Shown here piece by piece: positions 1 through 10,299 of a stretch of DNA of 64,000 nucleotides. The stretch comes from Candidatus Bathyarchaeota archaeon (lineage in GTDB: Archaea > Thermoproteota > Bathyarchaeia > Bathyarchaeales > Bathycorpusculaceae), in assembly GCA_963767735.1 (NCBI GenBank), contig CAVYES010000006.1, forward strand, positions 224,001-288,000. The letters run 5' to 3'. The notes under the pieces were generated by a model. The model worked only from the letters and a program-made list of their open reading frames with translations. It had not been told where the DNA came from and did no database searches. Numbering within the stretch: position 1 is the stretch's first letter; each line of letters starts with the position of its first letter. Position numbers and translations under genes: made by a program.

Positions 1-14
1 GTCCAGAAGAGCAA

Positions 15-2042
15 ATGTTTTACGTAAAGACCAATTCCTATATTTACGCCTGGAGCTTTTCTGATCCATCAAAGCCGCCCACTTTGGCTTGGGAAACCTA
101 CATTCCAGGTGGAGGCATAACTGGCATCGGAACAACATACGGTGACGGCATGGTGTTCCCAGGATCTTTCGAAAATCAACAAATGGCGCTTAACGCCACG
201 ACAGGCGCAATTCTGTGGGAAACACCTACGAAAGGACCCATGATCTTCAGCGGCTCCTACTATGACGGCAGATTCTTAAGAGGAGGAACAGATGACAATA
301 CAATGTACTGTTTCAACGCCACAAACGGCCAAATCCTCTGGACATACACGCCAGACACGAACGGATACTTCTGTATCAGCTGTGCTGTAGCGTACGGAAT
401 GGTTTACGAACTCAATAAAGACGGATACATGTACGCCATCAATATAGAAACCGGCAATCTGGTATGGACATACAAAGGACCCGGTAGTGCACTTATCTTC
501 CCGGGAAGCCCTACAGTTGCGGACGGCATGGTCTATGCAACGACAGGGCAGTCCGCGGAATATCTTGGTCAGCTTGGTGTCTCTCAGTTTGCATGTTTGA
601 ACGCTTACACTGGGCAACTCATTTGGGCACTTCCTATGGAGGCATTAGCTCCACGGGAATCAGCCATTGTTGCATACGGCGACTTATACATCATTCCAGG
701 TGATGTGACAACAGCGGTTGATACTACTTCAGGAGACGAATACAATACGGATAACCAATTGTGGGCTATAGGATCAACTTCAATTCCAGTTAGTAACTGG
801 TCTTCATTTCGGGCTGATCCAACGCACTCCTCAACCGCTCAAGTAGGTCCTTCAAACCTCACTTTGGATTGGAAATTCACGACTGGCGGGGCAGTTATCT
901 CTTCGCCAACCGTTGTAGACGGAATAGTCTATGTTGGCTCACAGGACAAAAACATCTACGCCATTGGAGCGTGGAGCGGCAACCTCATCTGGAACTTTAC
1001 CACTAAAGCTGCCATTGCATCTTCACCTGCCGTGGCAAACGGCCTAGTTTACACGGGAGGCGATGACGGATACGTTTATTGCCTAAACGCTTACACAGGT
1101 GCCCTAGTCTGGCAAACATTTGTCAATAGCGACCTGCCTATCACATATGCAACGATAGTGCTTTCATCTTCACCAGTGGTATCGGGAGGCGTAGTCTACA
1201 TTGGATCCTTAGACGGCTACATGTACGCACTTAACGCAGACAACGGCAACACCATCTGGCAAACTAAAACCAACGGACCCATAGAATGTTCTCCCGCCGT
1301 TTCTGATGGCGCAGTCTACTTCACCTCGCAAGAACCCACGGCAGGCGCTCTCTACAAACTAGACGCCAACACTGGAAAAGTAATTTGGAACCTAACACTT
1401 CCCTATCAAATTTCATTCCAAGGCGGCACAGAGATGCTTGGTTCTCCATCAGTTGCAGACGGCATGGTCTTTGCCACCTCCGACTGGGGAGCTTATTACG
1501 CCGTAAACGTTACCTCGGGCAACGTTGTGTGGAAATTCATAGATCCAGCCGCCTCCGAGTTCATAATTTCTTCTCCGATTTATGTAAACGGTGACCTTTT
1601 CATCATCGATAAATTCAACATAGATTGCCTCAATGCAATGAACGGTGACACCCTTTGGAGCTACTTCACGGGGGACGAGTTATACGTTTCACCCTCTTAC
1701 GCTGACGGCAAAATCTATGTCACTACCAGTCAACGCGACATTTTCGTCCTCAACACGGCAGAAAACGGCACAACAATAGCAACCGTCACCACGCCTTCCA
1801 GCAGTTGGTCTTCACCAACCATAGCCAACGGAATGTTATACATCGGATGCAACGACTGGAACATTTACTGCTTCTCGGAAGATGTAACTAATCAAGCTCC
1901 AACTCCAACGCCGACTCCAGCGCCATCAAATAATTTGACTCTAGGATCTGCATTGATGGGCGCAATCGTTTTTATAGCTACTGCTTTGGTTGTTGCAATT
2001 CTTGCACTCAGCTATTTGGTGCTAAAAAAGCCCAAAAAATAG
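15..2042 (+). CDS. PQQ-like/BamB beta-propeller repeat surface protein, C-terminal TM anchor (probably 5'-truncated by window)
   Basis: Many repeats of the type SSP.V.DG.VY.GS.D..YA.NA.TG...W; PT-rich linker, hydrophobic helix and KKPKK tail; the frame is open to the window start. Confidence 0.85.
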   Translation: MFYVKTNSYIYAWSFSDPSKPPTLAWETYIPGGGITGIGTTYGDGMVFPGSFENQQMALNATTGAILWETPTKGPMIFSGSYYDGRFLRGGTDDNTMYCFNATNGQILWTYTPDTNGYFCISCAVAYGMVYELNKDGYMYAINIETGNLVWTYKGPGSALIFPGSPTVADGMVYATTGQSAEYLGQLGVSQFACLNAYTGQLIWALPMEALAPRESAIVAYGDLYIIPGDVTTAVDTTSGDEYNTDNQLWAIGSTSIPVSNWSSFRADPTHSSTAQVGPSNLTLDWKFTTGGAVISSPTVVDGIVYVGSQDKNIYAIGAWSGNLIWNFTTKAAIASSPAVANGLVYTGGDDGYVYCLNAYTGALVWQTFVNSDLPITYATIVLSSSPVVSGGVVYIGSLDGYMYALNADNGNTIWQTKTNGPIECSPAVSDGAVYFTSQEPTAGALYKLDANTGKVIWNLTLPYQISFQGGTEMLGSPSVADGMVFATSDWGAYYAVNVTSGNVVWKFIDPAASEFIISSPIYVNGDLFIIDKFNIDCLNAMNGDTLWSYFTGDELYVSPSYADGKIYVTTSQRDIFVLNTAENGTTIATVTTPSSSWSSPTIANGMLYIGCNDWNIYCFSEDVTNQAPTPTPTPAPSNNLTLGSALMGAIVFIATALVVAILALSYLVLKKPKK

Positions 2043-2136
2043 ACGTACTTTTGCAAGTGTTGCATTTTCTTTAACAGCTTTTTTCTTTGGTGGAATGTGC
2101 TCTGATTCCAAAATGTTTTAAACATGTCTGCTGAAC

Positions 2137-3606
2137 TTAATCTTGTTGGTCTTTGCTTGGGGTGCTGTGTCCGCCTGGGCTCTTTTTTGTGGGTCTAACT
2201 TTGCCTAATTGTCTGAAAGCCCATCTAGTAGACCTGTATTTCCAAACGAGATGGTTTAGTGCCATGCGTGCCATGATTTGGCTATGGAAGTCTCCTCTGT
2301 GTCTCATTTGCAGGTAATACGTTGGCGTGAATATGTTGTCGTAAACCTTTTTCTTGGATTGTTCAAGGTTTTCAAGGGGTAGCAGCATGTTTTTGAAAAC
2401 TTGCATCTGCTCATGATACAGGTTCCAGTTCTCTGAGAACTCTAATCCTAATTCCTTCACGTAATCGTACAGCTGTGTGCCTGGGTAAGGAACGGCTTCA
2501 CACATGTAAACGTAGTTAGGCTTCGTTTTGTGAATGAAGTCGATTGTTTGCTGAAGCATCTCGGGGGTCTCGCCTGGGTACCCGATTACAAGCGAAATGG
2601 CTACTAGAACATCTGACTCTTTTGCCAGCTTTATGGCGTTTGCGTTCTGCTCAACCGTTGTACCCTTGCGCATAACATTTAGTAATTGTTGGCTGCCTGA
2701 CTCAACGCCAAAGTGGATTAGCTGGCAGTTCGTGCTTCTGAGCTTAGTTAAAAGCTGCTTGGACACTTTGTCCACTCTTGTTCGGCAGTCCCATGGCATA
2801 TCAAACTTTCTTGCCTTCATTTCATCGCAGATCGCTATTGCCCTTGGCACATCAAAGGTGAACGTATCGTCGTAGAAAGCGAAGGCTCCTGCTCCGAACG
2901 TGTCTCTTAGCCATTCAAGCTCGTCGACAACTTTGCTTGGTTTTCTTGCTCTGAAGCCTTTGCCGCACATTTTAGATGCTAAGCAGAAGGCGCAGTTAAA
3001 TGGGCATCCCCTGCTGGTTATGATGGGCATGTAAAGTTTCCCGTTAATCCTATACCTGCTCACGTCAAAGTGCTTATGAGCAGGGTAAGGAAGCACATCG
3101 ATGTCTTCCAAAAAAGGCCTGTCAGGCGTACGATAAACTTGACCGTTCTTTTTGAAAGTGATGCCGGCAACTTCGCCAAGGCTTTTGAGGTTACCCTCAG
3201 ATATTAAGCGTGCAAACTCCAGCATAGTTTGCTCCCCTTCGCCTCGTACCACAATATCTACATCTGAGCTTTCAGTGAAGGTTCGCTCATCCAAAACCGT
3301 AACGTGGGGTCCACCAATCATGGTTATGCAGTTGGAGAGGGCGGCTTTGGCGGCTTTCAAGATTTGCAGTGCTGGAAAGTAAGTGACTGTTGCGGCGGTT
3401 ACGCCGATGATGTCAGGGTTGAGGCTCTTGAACTTGTCTTCGAGGTCTTTTTGGCTTAGTCTGGAAACTTGGCAGTCAACAACGTCCACTTCGTACCCGT
3501 TTTGCTCAAGCACCGCCACCAGATAGCTGATGCCGAGTGGGATAAAGACGGCTTGCGGCACATCCTCTGGATAAGGTGGATTTGCAAGCACTACATGAGC
3601 TTTCAC
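2137..3606 (-). CDS. Cobalamin-binding radical SAM protein (class B), paralog 1
   Basis: N-terminal NPP...PLGISYL and GGPH B12-binding domain; TSRGCPFNCAFC (CxxxCxxC); FGVESGS. Confidence 0.9.
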   Translation of the reverse strand: MKAHVVLANPPYPEDVPQAVFIPLGISYLVAVLEQNGYEVDVVDCQVSRLSQKDLEDKFKSLNPDIIGVTAATVTYFPALQILKAAKAALSNCITMIGGPHVTVLDERTFTESSDVDIVVRGEGEQTMLEFARLISEGNLKSLGEVAGITFKKNGQVYRTPDRPFLEDIDVLPYPAHKHFDVSRYRINGKLYMPIITSRGCPFNCAFCLASKMCGKGFRARKPSKVVDELEWLRDTFGAGAFAFYDDTFTFDVPRAIAICDEMKARKFDMPWDCRTRVDKVSKQLLTKLRSTNCQLIHFGVESGSQQLLNVMRKGTTVEQNANAIKLAKESDVLVAISLVIGYPGETPEMLQQTIDFIHKTKPNYVYMCEAVPYPGTQLYDYVKELGLEFSENWNLYHEQMQVFKNMLLPLENLEQSKKKVYDNIFTPTYYLQMRHRGDFHSQIMARMALNHLVWKYRSTRWAFRQLGKVRPTKKSPGGHSTPSKDQQD

Positions 3607-3951
3607 GTTGTTTCCCCGACTTTAATATGGAAAACGGTTAAGCCAACTATTATGTGTTTTGCAAACGACACCGAATCGGCAAGTTTTGATGTAGAATGAT
3701 GTTTTGCCTTTTATCAGCATTTATTTATGGTTATTTTTGTTGAACAGGGCTTATTTTGGGCTCTTCTAGCATTTCAAGAAAGTACATTGTTACTAGTCAC
3801 GCATGTTCAAGATCATGCCTCACATGTCACTTTTGTTTGCGTCTTCAGGTAAGGCGTTTTTTCGAAGCATGGCATCTTTGCTTAGGCGTGTAAAGCAAGG
3901 GTTTTTATGGAATGTATTCAATAGGCGAAGTGTAGCCGCCTTGGAGAAAAC

Positions 3952-5523
3952 ATGAGGTTGTCAGCCGATTTAGCCATTATCAACGCAAATGTTCGAACAA
4001 TGAACCCGAACCAGCATTTTGCTCAAGCAGTCGCCATAAAGAGAAACAGAATCATCCTAGTCGGCACAAACCAGGAAATAAATAATGTAGTCGGCGAAAA
4101 AACCAAAGTAATCAACCTAGACGGCAAAACCGTCATCCCCGGATTAATTGACACTCATATTCACGTGGCAGACTTTGGCAGATGCCTGTTATGGCTTGAC
4201 TTGACCAGCGCGGACTCCATCGAGAACCTGAAACGTCTGGTAAGTGAAAAGGCAAAGCAAACGCCGGCTGGCAAATGGATTATCGGTCGCGGATGGAACG
4301 AGAACCGCTTCAAGGAAAAACGCTTGCCCAATCTTTCAGATCTAAACAAGGCTTCACCCGACAACCCTGTAATTCTGTACCGTGAGGCAGCAATGATATG
4401 CGCCACAAACGGAAAAGCCTTAACTTTAGCTGGAGTCACAACGCAAACGGCTGCGCCCCCCAGCGGAGCCATTGACAAAAACCCTCAGACGGGCGAGCTT
4501 ACGGGAATTTTACGGGACACCGCCACCAGCCTAATCTGGCAAGTGGTTCCCGAGCCAACCGTCGATGAGCTTGTAGACGCAGCGGCGGTGGCTTGCCAAA
4601 AAATCGTTGAAGCAGGAATAAGCAGCATCCATTGGATATTGACCTCGCAAAACGAGCTTCAGATAGTTCAAAGGCTTCAAGCAGAAAGAAAGATCCCGAT
4701 AAGGGTTAACATTGTAGTTCCCTATGAGTTCTTAAAAGAAATAGAGGAGTTTCATTCAACTGACAGTTCAATGCTGCATGTCGATGGAGTTTTCATCACA
4801 ACAGACGGGTACCTGGATTCTAAAACAGCCGCTTTGATGCAGCCCTACAGCGATGATCCAGATAACAACGGCAAAATGCTGCTGACTCAGCAAGAATTGG
4901 CGTCTTCAGTTGCCCACGTTTTAGAGTTGGGTCTTCAGCCAGTTATACATGCCATGGGCGACAAAGCTATTGACACAGCGCTGAAAGTAATCGAGCAGAC
5001 AGCATCACCCGCGGTTCGTTTTCGAATGGAGCAAGCAGCAGTTCTAAACAAGCAATTAATCAAGCGCCTCAAAGCCTCAAACGTCATAGTCACGGTTCAG
5101 CCCACTGTTATTGCAACCGAATTCGCGGTTTGGTCAGCTGCGGCGCGGCTTGGCAGGGGAAGGGCTAGCCTGATTCATCCGCTTAAAACCCTGCTGAGCG
5201 CAGGCGTTAAGGTTGCTGGCGGCTCCGATTGCCCAATGGAGCCTCTAAGCCCGATGCTTGGCATGCAAGAAGCAGTGCAAAGAACCAGTTTTCCCGAGCA
5301 ACGCTTAACCGTTGAGGAAGCTACTTGCATGTACACTGCTGATGCAGCTTACTGTTCTGGGGAGGAAAACTTGAAAGGTTCAATTGAAGAGGGCAAGCTT
5401 GCGGATTTAACGGTGCTATCGGAAGACCCATTTACTGTTGGCGCAAAAAAAATCAAAGGCATCAGCATTGAAATAACTATTATTAATGGAAAAATTGTTT
5501 TTCGCAAGGCATTAAATCACTAG
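3952..5523 (+). CDS. Amidohydrolase 3 family (YtcJ-like) protein with atypical metal ligands
   Basis: VIPGLIDTHIH, GRGW, HAMGD, GGSDCP, KGSIEEGKLADLTVL motifs. Confidence 0.85.
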   Translation: MRLSADLAIINANVRTMNPNQHFAQAVAIKRNRIILVGTNQEINNVVGEKTKVINLDGKTVIPGLIDTHIHVADFGRCLLWLDLTSADSIENLKRLVSEKAKQTPAGKWIIGRGWNENRFKEKRLPNLSDLNKASPDNPVILYREAAMICATNGKALTLAGVTTQTAAPPSGAIDKNPQTGELTGILRDTATSLIWQVVPEPTVDELVDAAAVACQKIVEAGISSIHWILTSQNELQIVQRLQAERKIPIRVNIVVPYEFLKEIEEFHSTDSSMLHVDGVFITTDGYLDSKTAALMQPYSDDPDNNGKMLLTQQELASSVAHVLELGLQPVIHAMGDKAIDTALKVIEQTASPAVRFRMEQAAVLNKQLIKRLKASNVIVTVQPTVIATEFAVWSAAARLGRGRASLIHPLKTLLSAGVKVAGGSDCPMEPLSPMLGMQEAVQRTSFPEQRLTVEEATCMYTADAAYCSGEENLKGSIEEGKLADLTVLSEDPFTVGAKKIKGISIEITIINGKIVFRKALNH

Positions 5524-5795
5524 TCAATTTGCGCTTTGCTGTTTTCAACTTTCATTAGTTCAGCGACAACTCTCCAAATGAAGAATCCGAAAGCGCTGAC
5601 AAAAAACATAATGATGGTGAAGGTGTCTGTTCTCACGTTTATAAGATGAGAGACAGGCATCGGCAGCCAGCTGGGATGGGTAAACTGTATAACTACGCCG
5701 TCGAGCCACGCGAGCAAACCAAAAAAGAACAGCATCTGCCCAACAACCTTAACGACGACAAGCACTAATCGGCTGGAAGAAGCATTCATGTCCAT
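5520..5795 (-). CDS. Small 2-TM membrane protein
   Basis: Two hydrophobic helices; likely start ATG 5795 with an AT-rich TATA-like stretch about 25 bp upstream (ORF extends to 5852). Confidence 0.6.
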   Translation of the reverse strand: MDMNASSSRLVLVVVKVVGQMLFFFGLLAWLDGVVIQFTHPSWLPMPVSHLINVRTDTFTIIMFFVSAFGFFIWRVVAELMKVENSKAQID

Positions 5796-6099
5796 GACGG
5801 AACTTAAAACGGCATAATAAAACTTGCGAGAAAGCCGAAAGATTTTCGACATATAAAGTTAAAGAAGTCATTACACCATAGCGCTCTGCGCTTGTCTATT
5901 AGGCTCTTCTAGATGTCCCTATTAGGCTTCCTGTGCAGCTACCCCATGTTTCTGCCATTTAGTTCCAACTCACTGTAGGTGGTTCAAGCCCTAAACCGAA
6001 AAAGCAACCCAAACAAGCCTTGACCCTAAACCACCTACCCATAGACCTACCCTAATATTTGTGCCAAAAAGCCGTCACAAAAATGGGGCGGTCTTGTCT

Positions 6100-7548
6100 C
6101 TATTTCATTTTGAGAAGTATCTTGGCTGTTTTCTTCGGGTGGCGAAAAGCCCTCCCAATTTTGGTTCTTGTAAACGTTGGGTTCGCCATGTTTGCCCTCA
6201 TGCATAGCTGTTGCAGGTCTTGGGCTGAGAACTCCGGCGTCTCAATCAACGGCTCCGTGGCTGCCAAGGCGTAGTCGCAGAAGCCTTCTCTTAGAAAACC
6301 GCCTTCTTTTGCCTGTTCGTATAATTGTGTTCCGTAAAGTGGCATGGCGATGCTGAATATGAGGCTGTCAGCGCCTAAGCGTCTAAGTTTATACGCAAAC
6401 TTTATGGTCTCTTCGATGTCTGCTTTGGTTTCTCCAATCAACCCCAAAACGAAGAAGCAGCCAACTTTAATCCCGACTTTCTTGCATAAAACAACCGCTT
6501 GCTCGACGCACTTCAAATCCAAATTCTTGCCAATAACATCGTTCACAACACGTTGTACTCCAGATTCAGGAGCCACACGGATTTTTTTGCAGCCAGACTT
6601 CTTCATCTTTCGCAACAGTGGTTCATCAAGTGTGTCTGCCCTAACACCATTAGGCGTAAACCAATCAACATGCAAGCCTCGCTCGATAATTAAGTCGCAT
6701 ATATCGGCCATGCGTTTTTTATCCAACGTCATGTTCTCGTCATAAAAATCGATCTGCTTAACCCCGTAAGTCTTCACGACTTGTTCAAGCTCATCAACCA
6801 CGTTTTTTGGGCTTCTGGCACGCCAGATTCTACCCCAAACGATACAGGTTGTGCAGAAAACACAGTTGTACGGGCAGCCTCTGCTGGTCGTTATGATAGT
6901 CCATGGTTTGCTTATCTCGCCGCGCAACGGATTTTCCTTAACTGCTTCGTAGTAAACTTTCATTGGAAGTAAATGCCTTGCGGGAAACGGCAAAGAATCC
7001 ATATCCTTAATAATAGCGCGTTTACCGGTGAGAACGGGTTTCCCATTTTTCTTGAAGCCTAAACCCTCTATGGTTGCGAAATCTTGTTTTCTTGATTCAA
7101 GCGCATCAACCAACTCGAAAATCGTGTTCTCAGGTTCGCCGATAACAACAAAATCCACCTCAGAATCCGAAAGACAAGCTTCCGGTCTAGCTGACGGATG
7201 TTGACCCATCAACACGACAGCAATCTTCTTGTTAACGGCCTTTACTGCATAGACTACTTCAAACGCGGTTTTTGACCAACCCGAAAAGGGAATCTCAACA
7301 ACAACCACATCAGGATTCCATTGCCTCACGCGTTCAGCAATCGTTTGTGCACTTAAACCAACACGGTACTTGGTTTCATCCATTTCCTCAAGGTTCTTCC
7401 AGCCTTCCGTTGGAGCATCAATAATGCTGACACTGTACTTTTTTTCTAAAACAGCGGCGACTGACGCTAAGACTATTGGTGGAAAAACGTTTGGTTTTCC
7501 CCAAGCTTTAGGCTGAATTCGAGGCGGATTAATCAAGCAAACACGCAT
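6100..7548 (-). CDS. Cobalamin-binding radical SAM protein (class B), paralog 2
   Basis: LINPP N-terminus, GQHP variant of GGPH, TSRGCPYNCVFC, APESG. Confidence 0.9.
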   Translation of the reverse strand: MRVCLINPPRIQPKAWGKPNVFPPIVLASVAAVLEKKYSVSIIDAPTEGWKNLEEMDETKYRVGLSAQTIAERVRQWNPDVVVVEIPFSGWSKTAFEVVYAVKAVNKKIAVVLMGQHPSARPEACLSDSEVDFVVIGEPENTIFELVDALESRKQDFATIEGLGFKKNGKPVLTGKRAIIKDMDSLPFPARHLLPMKVYYEAVKENPLRGEISKPWTIITTSRGCPYNCVFCTTCIVWGRIWRARSPKNVVDELEQVVKTYGVKQIDFYDENMTLDKKRMADICDLIIERGLHVDWFTPNGVRADTLDEPLLRKMKKSGCKKIRVAPESGVQRVVNDVIGKNLDLKCVEQAVVLCKKVGIKVGCFFVLGLIGETKADIEETIKFAYKLRRLGADSLIFSIAMPLYGTQLYEQAKEGGFLREGFCDYALAATEPLIETPEFSAQDLQQLCMRANMANPTFTRTKIGRAFRHPKKTAKILLKMK

Positions 7549-7603
7549 CTGAACTGTGCACTTCTAAACCAGAATACCATAATGCTTCGATTAAAACTTT
7601 GCA

Positions 7604-8593
7604 CTAAAACGGCAAAAAGAACAAACGCACACCGACAATGACGCCGACACACATCAACACCCACAACACGATCGTGACATCTCTTATCCGCAAAGCACCC
7701 AAAATCTTGTCCCCAGTCAACGGCTCCAAACTGTCCCCAAGAATGTACTGTCCAGGCTTCTCCAACTGAATCCGCAATGCACCAGCCATAGCCGCCATTG
7801 GCCACCCATGATTTCGGCTTGGCGTTTTTTTGTGGTCTCTGCGGGCGATTTTCCAAGCGTTTTTTGCGTCTTTGCCAAGGATAGCGGCAGACACAATCAT
7901 GAATAGCGCAGTTAATCTTGTAGGTATGTAGTTGACGACGGTGTCTAGGTTTGCGCTAAACCACCCTGTGTTTATGTGTTCTTTATCTTTGAAGCCTACC
8001 ATGCCGTCAAGCGTGTTTATAGCTCGAAAAGCGATTGCTCCAGTAACACCGAACAAAGCGAACGACAGCATAGGTGAGAGTTTGAAGTCAATTAGGTTTT
8101 CAGCCATCGATTCGATAACCGCGCTGCTCATCTGTGACCCGTTTAGGTTTGTTGAGTCTCTTCTTGAAAAATGACTATATTTCTTTGATTCATCAACCTC
8201 GTTTGCTTGGATGGCTTTGGCTGCAGCTTTCGCCCAATCAGTCTCAAGCTTAATGCAAATAGTCATCTTCAACAGAATAATGCCGATGAAAGCGTAAACA
8301 AAGATGCTAATGTAAGTGTAAATCGCCCATAAACCAAAATAGACTGGAAGCGTAAACGCACAAATCACCGTCAGCGCCAAGAGAACGCCTAAGAGTTTTT
8401 CGATTTTTGGATTTGGATTTTTGAAGACGGGCTCGATTTTTTTAGTAAATTTGCCCATTAGAACGGTTGGGTGAAGCTTGAAAAACCACCTGTCAGGAAA
8501 ATTGGGTGAAGGGTCACCAAGAACCAAATCTAACATTATCGCCAGAATTAGCACGATGATTGCGACTAAGCTATTTAAGAGGTTTAGCACCAA
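7604..8593 (-). CDS. cbiB: Adenosylcobinamide-phosphate synthase CbiB
   Basis: LDLVLGDP...HP, IESMAEN, RAINTLDGMVG, LDTVVNYIPTRLTA, SRNHGWPMAAMAGAL. Confidence 0.9.
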   Translation of the reverse strand: MVLNLLNSLVAIIVLILAIMLDLVLGDPSPNFPDRWFFKLHPTVLMGKFTKKIEPVFKNPNPKIEKLLGVLLALTVICAFTLPVYFGLWAIYTYISIFVYAFIGIILLKMTICIKLETDWAKAAAKAIQANEVDESKKYSHFSRRDSTNLNGSQMSSAVIESMAENLIDFKLSPMLSFALFGVTGAIAFRAINTLDGMVGFKDKEHINTGWFSANLDTVVNYIPTRLTALFMIVSAAILGKDAKNAWKIARRDHKKTPSRNHGWPMAAMAGALRIQLEKPGQYILGDSLEPLTGDKILGALRIRDVTIVLWVLMCVGVIVGVRLFFLPF

Positions 8594-8775
8594 GAGTTAC
8601 CCAAGCATTGCTTTTCGAGATAAGTATAAACGGTTTATATCAATTGCGGTTTTCAGAACCACTATGCTTTTACGTTATGGCTCTTAGTAATTTCAAAATG
8701 TTCTTGCAGTTCAGAACCGCTTTTCTATTTCTGTAAAAAGTTCGGCGGGAAGACAGACATCAATTTTCCAGATGT

Positions 8776-10173
8776 CTAATTTTTTTGGCGAAGTTTCAGT
8801 TTTGCCGAACCTTTGAGATGTACCAGAATTGTTAATGCTGTCGAGATTGTCCAGAATTTTCTTTTGCGGTAGTTTCGGAAGAAGTAGCCTGGGCGCAAGT
8901 AGAAGTGATGGTAAGCTGCCTCGTCCAGAATTGCCAGTTCTTTCATGCTTAGCTGGGGGGTCTCAAAAATGGGTCTTTTCGTATCGTACTTGTCAAAGTC
9001 GGTTACTTTCAGCCACCCTTTCTCTTTAACCAAGTCATACAATGGCGTTCCTGGGAAAGGTGTTGCCACATGGAACCAGCTACTGTCGTCGGGAGAGATT
9101 TTCTCCACGAATTTGATGGTTTTCCACACACTTTTCTTTGTCTCGCCTGGAAAGCCAAGGATAACGTTTGAAATGGGCTTCAAACCGAGCTCTCTTACCC
9201 AACCGAAAACTTTCATTGTTAATTCAGGAGAAATTCCTTTTTTCATATCGTCTAAAACCTGTTGCGTGCCGGATTCAACTCCGAACCACACCGAGATGCA
9301 TCCAGCATCCTTCATCTTCGCAAGCAGCTCTTTTGTCAGCATATCAACGCGTGTACCACAGTTCCATTCGATTTTCAATCCGCGCTTTAGGATTTCATCG
9401 CAAAGTGCAACTGTTCTTGGCTGGTCAACCGTAAAAGCGTCATCACAAAACGTAAACGTGTTAATGCCGTAAGTTTTATTCAAAAACTCTAACTCGTCTA
9501 CGACGTTTTTGGGGCTTCGCATGCGGTACCTGCGTCCATGCATTCTAACTGTTGTGCAGAATTCGCACCAGTATACGCAGCCTCTGCTCGTTGTCAAGTA
9601 AAGTATATTTTCATATTTGCGTAGGGTCTCCATTGGCCAAAGATGGCGAGCTGGAAACGGCAAAGCATCCAACTCTTCAATGTATGGTCTATCTGGATTC
9701 CGCGTGATTTTGCCGTTTTTCCTGCAAGTGGTGCCAGCTACATCGGAGTAGCTTTTGCCTGCTTCAATCCTCTGAACAAGCTCCAACAGCGTATTTTCTC
9801 CTTCTTTCCTCACGACAACGTCTAATTCTGGGCACTCTTCGAGTGCTTTGTTATCCCAGAAGGTAACATGTGGACCACCTGCAACGGTTATGCAGTTTGG
9901 GCAAGCATCTTTTGCAATCTTTAACAATTTGAGCGAAGACTGATATGTAAGAGTGGAAGATGTGGCCCCAACAATGTCTGGTTTACGCTTACTAATCTCG
10001 CTCTTAAAATCTTCTAACGAAAGCCTTAGTATTTGGCAATCAATTACATCAACTTGATAGTTGTTTTTCTCTAAAACAGCCGCCAAATATCCTAAACCTA
10101 ACAGTGCAAAGGGCATGTGAGTTTCTGTGCCCGCTGGAGCGGCAGGATTAACTAAGGTTACATGGGGCTTCAT
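8776..10173 (-). CDS. Cobalamin-binding radical SAM protein (class B), paralog 3
   Basis: LGLGYLAAVL, GGPH, TSRGCVYWCEFC, FGVESG. Confidence 0.9.
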   Translation of the reverse strand: MKPHVTLVNPAAPAGTETHMPFALLGLGYLAAVLEKNNYQVDVIDCQILRLSLEDFKSEISKRKPDIVGATSSTLTYQSSLKLLKIAKDACPNCITVAGGPHVTFWDNKALEECPELDVVVRKEGENTLLELVQRIEAGKSYSDVAGTTCRKNGKITRNPDRPYIEELDALPFPARHLWPMETLRKYENILYLTTSRGCVYWCEFCTTVRMHGRRYRMRSPKNVVDELEFLNKTYGINTFTFCDDAFTVDQPRTVALCDEILKRGLKIEWNCGTRVDMLTKELLAKMKDAGCISVWFGVESGTQQVLDDMKKGISPELTMKVFGWVRELGLKPISNVILGFPGETKKSVWKTIKFVEKISPDDSSWFHVATPFPGTPLYDLVKEKGWLKVTDFDKYDTKRPIFETPQLSMKELAILDEAAYHHFYLRPGYFFRNYRKRKFWTISTALTILVHLKGSAKLKLRQKN

Positions 10174-10299
10174 TTTTCTGCTTCACAGCTTCCTATTTAT
10201 TCTTCAAAAAAGAGATGCATGAAGCGCTTAAACATTTCGCATTTTTTGCCTAAAATGGAAACGAATAAAAATTTGGTAAATAAATAATTTAGTCCTCTT

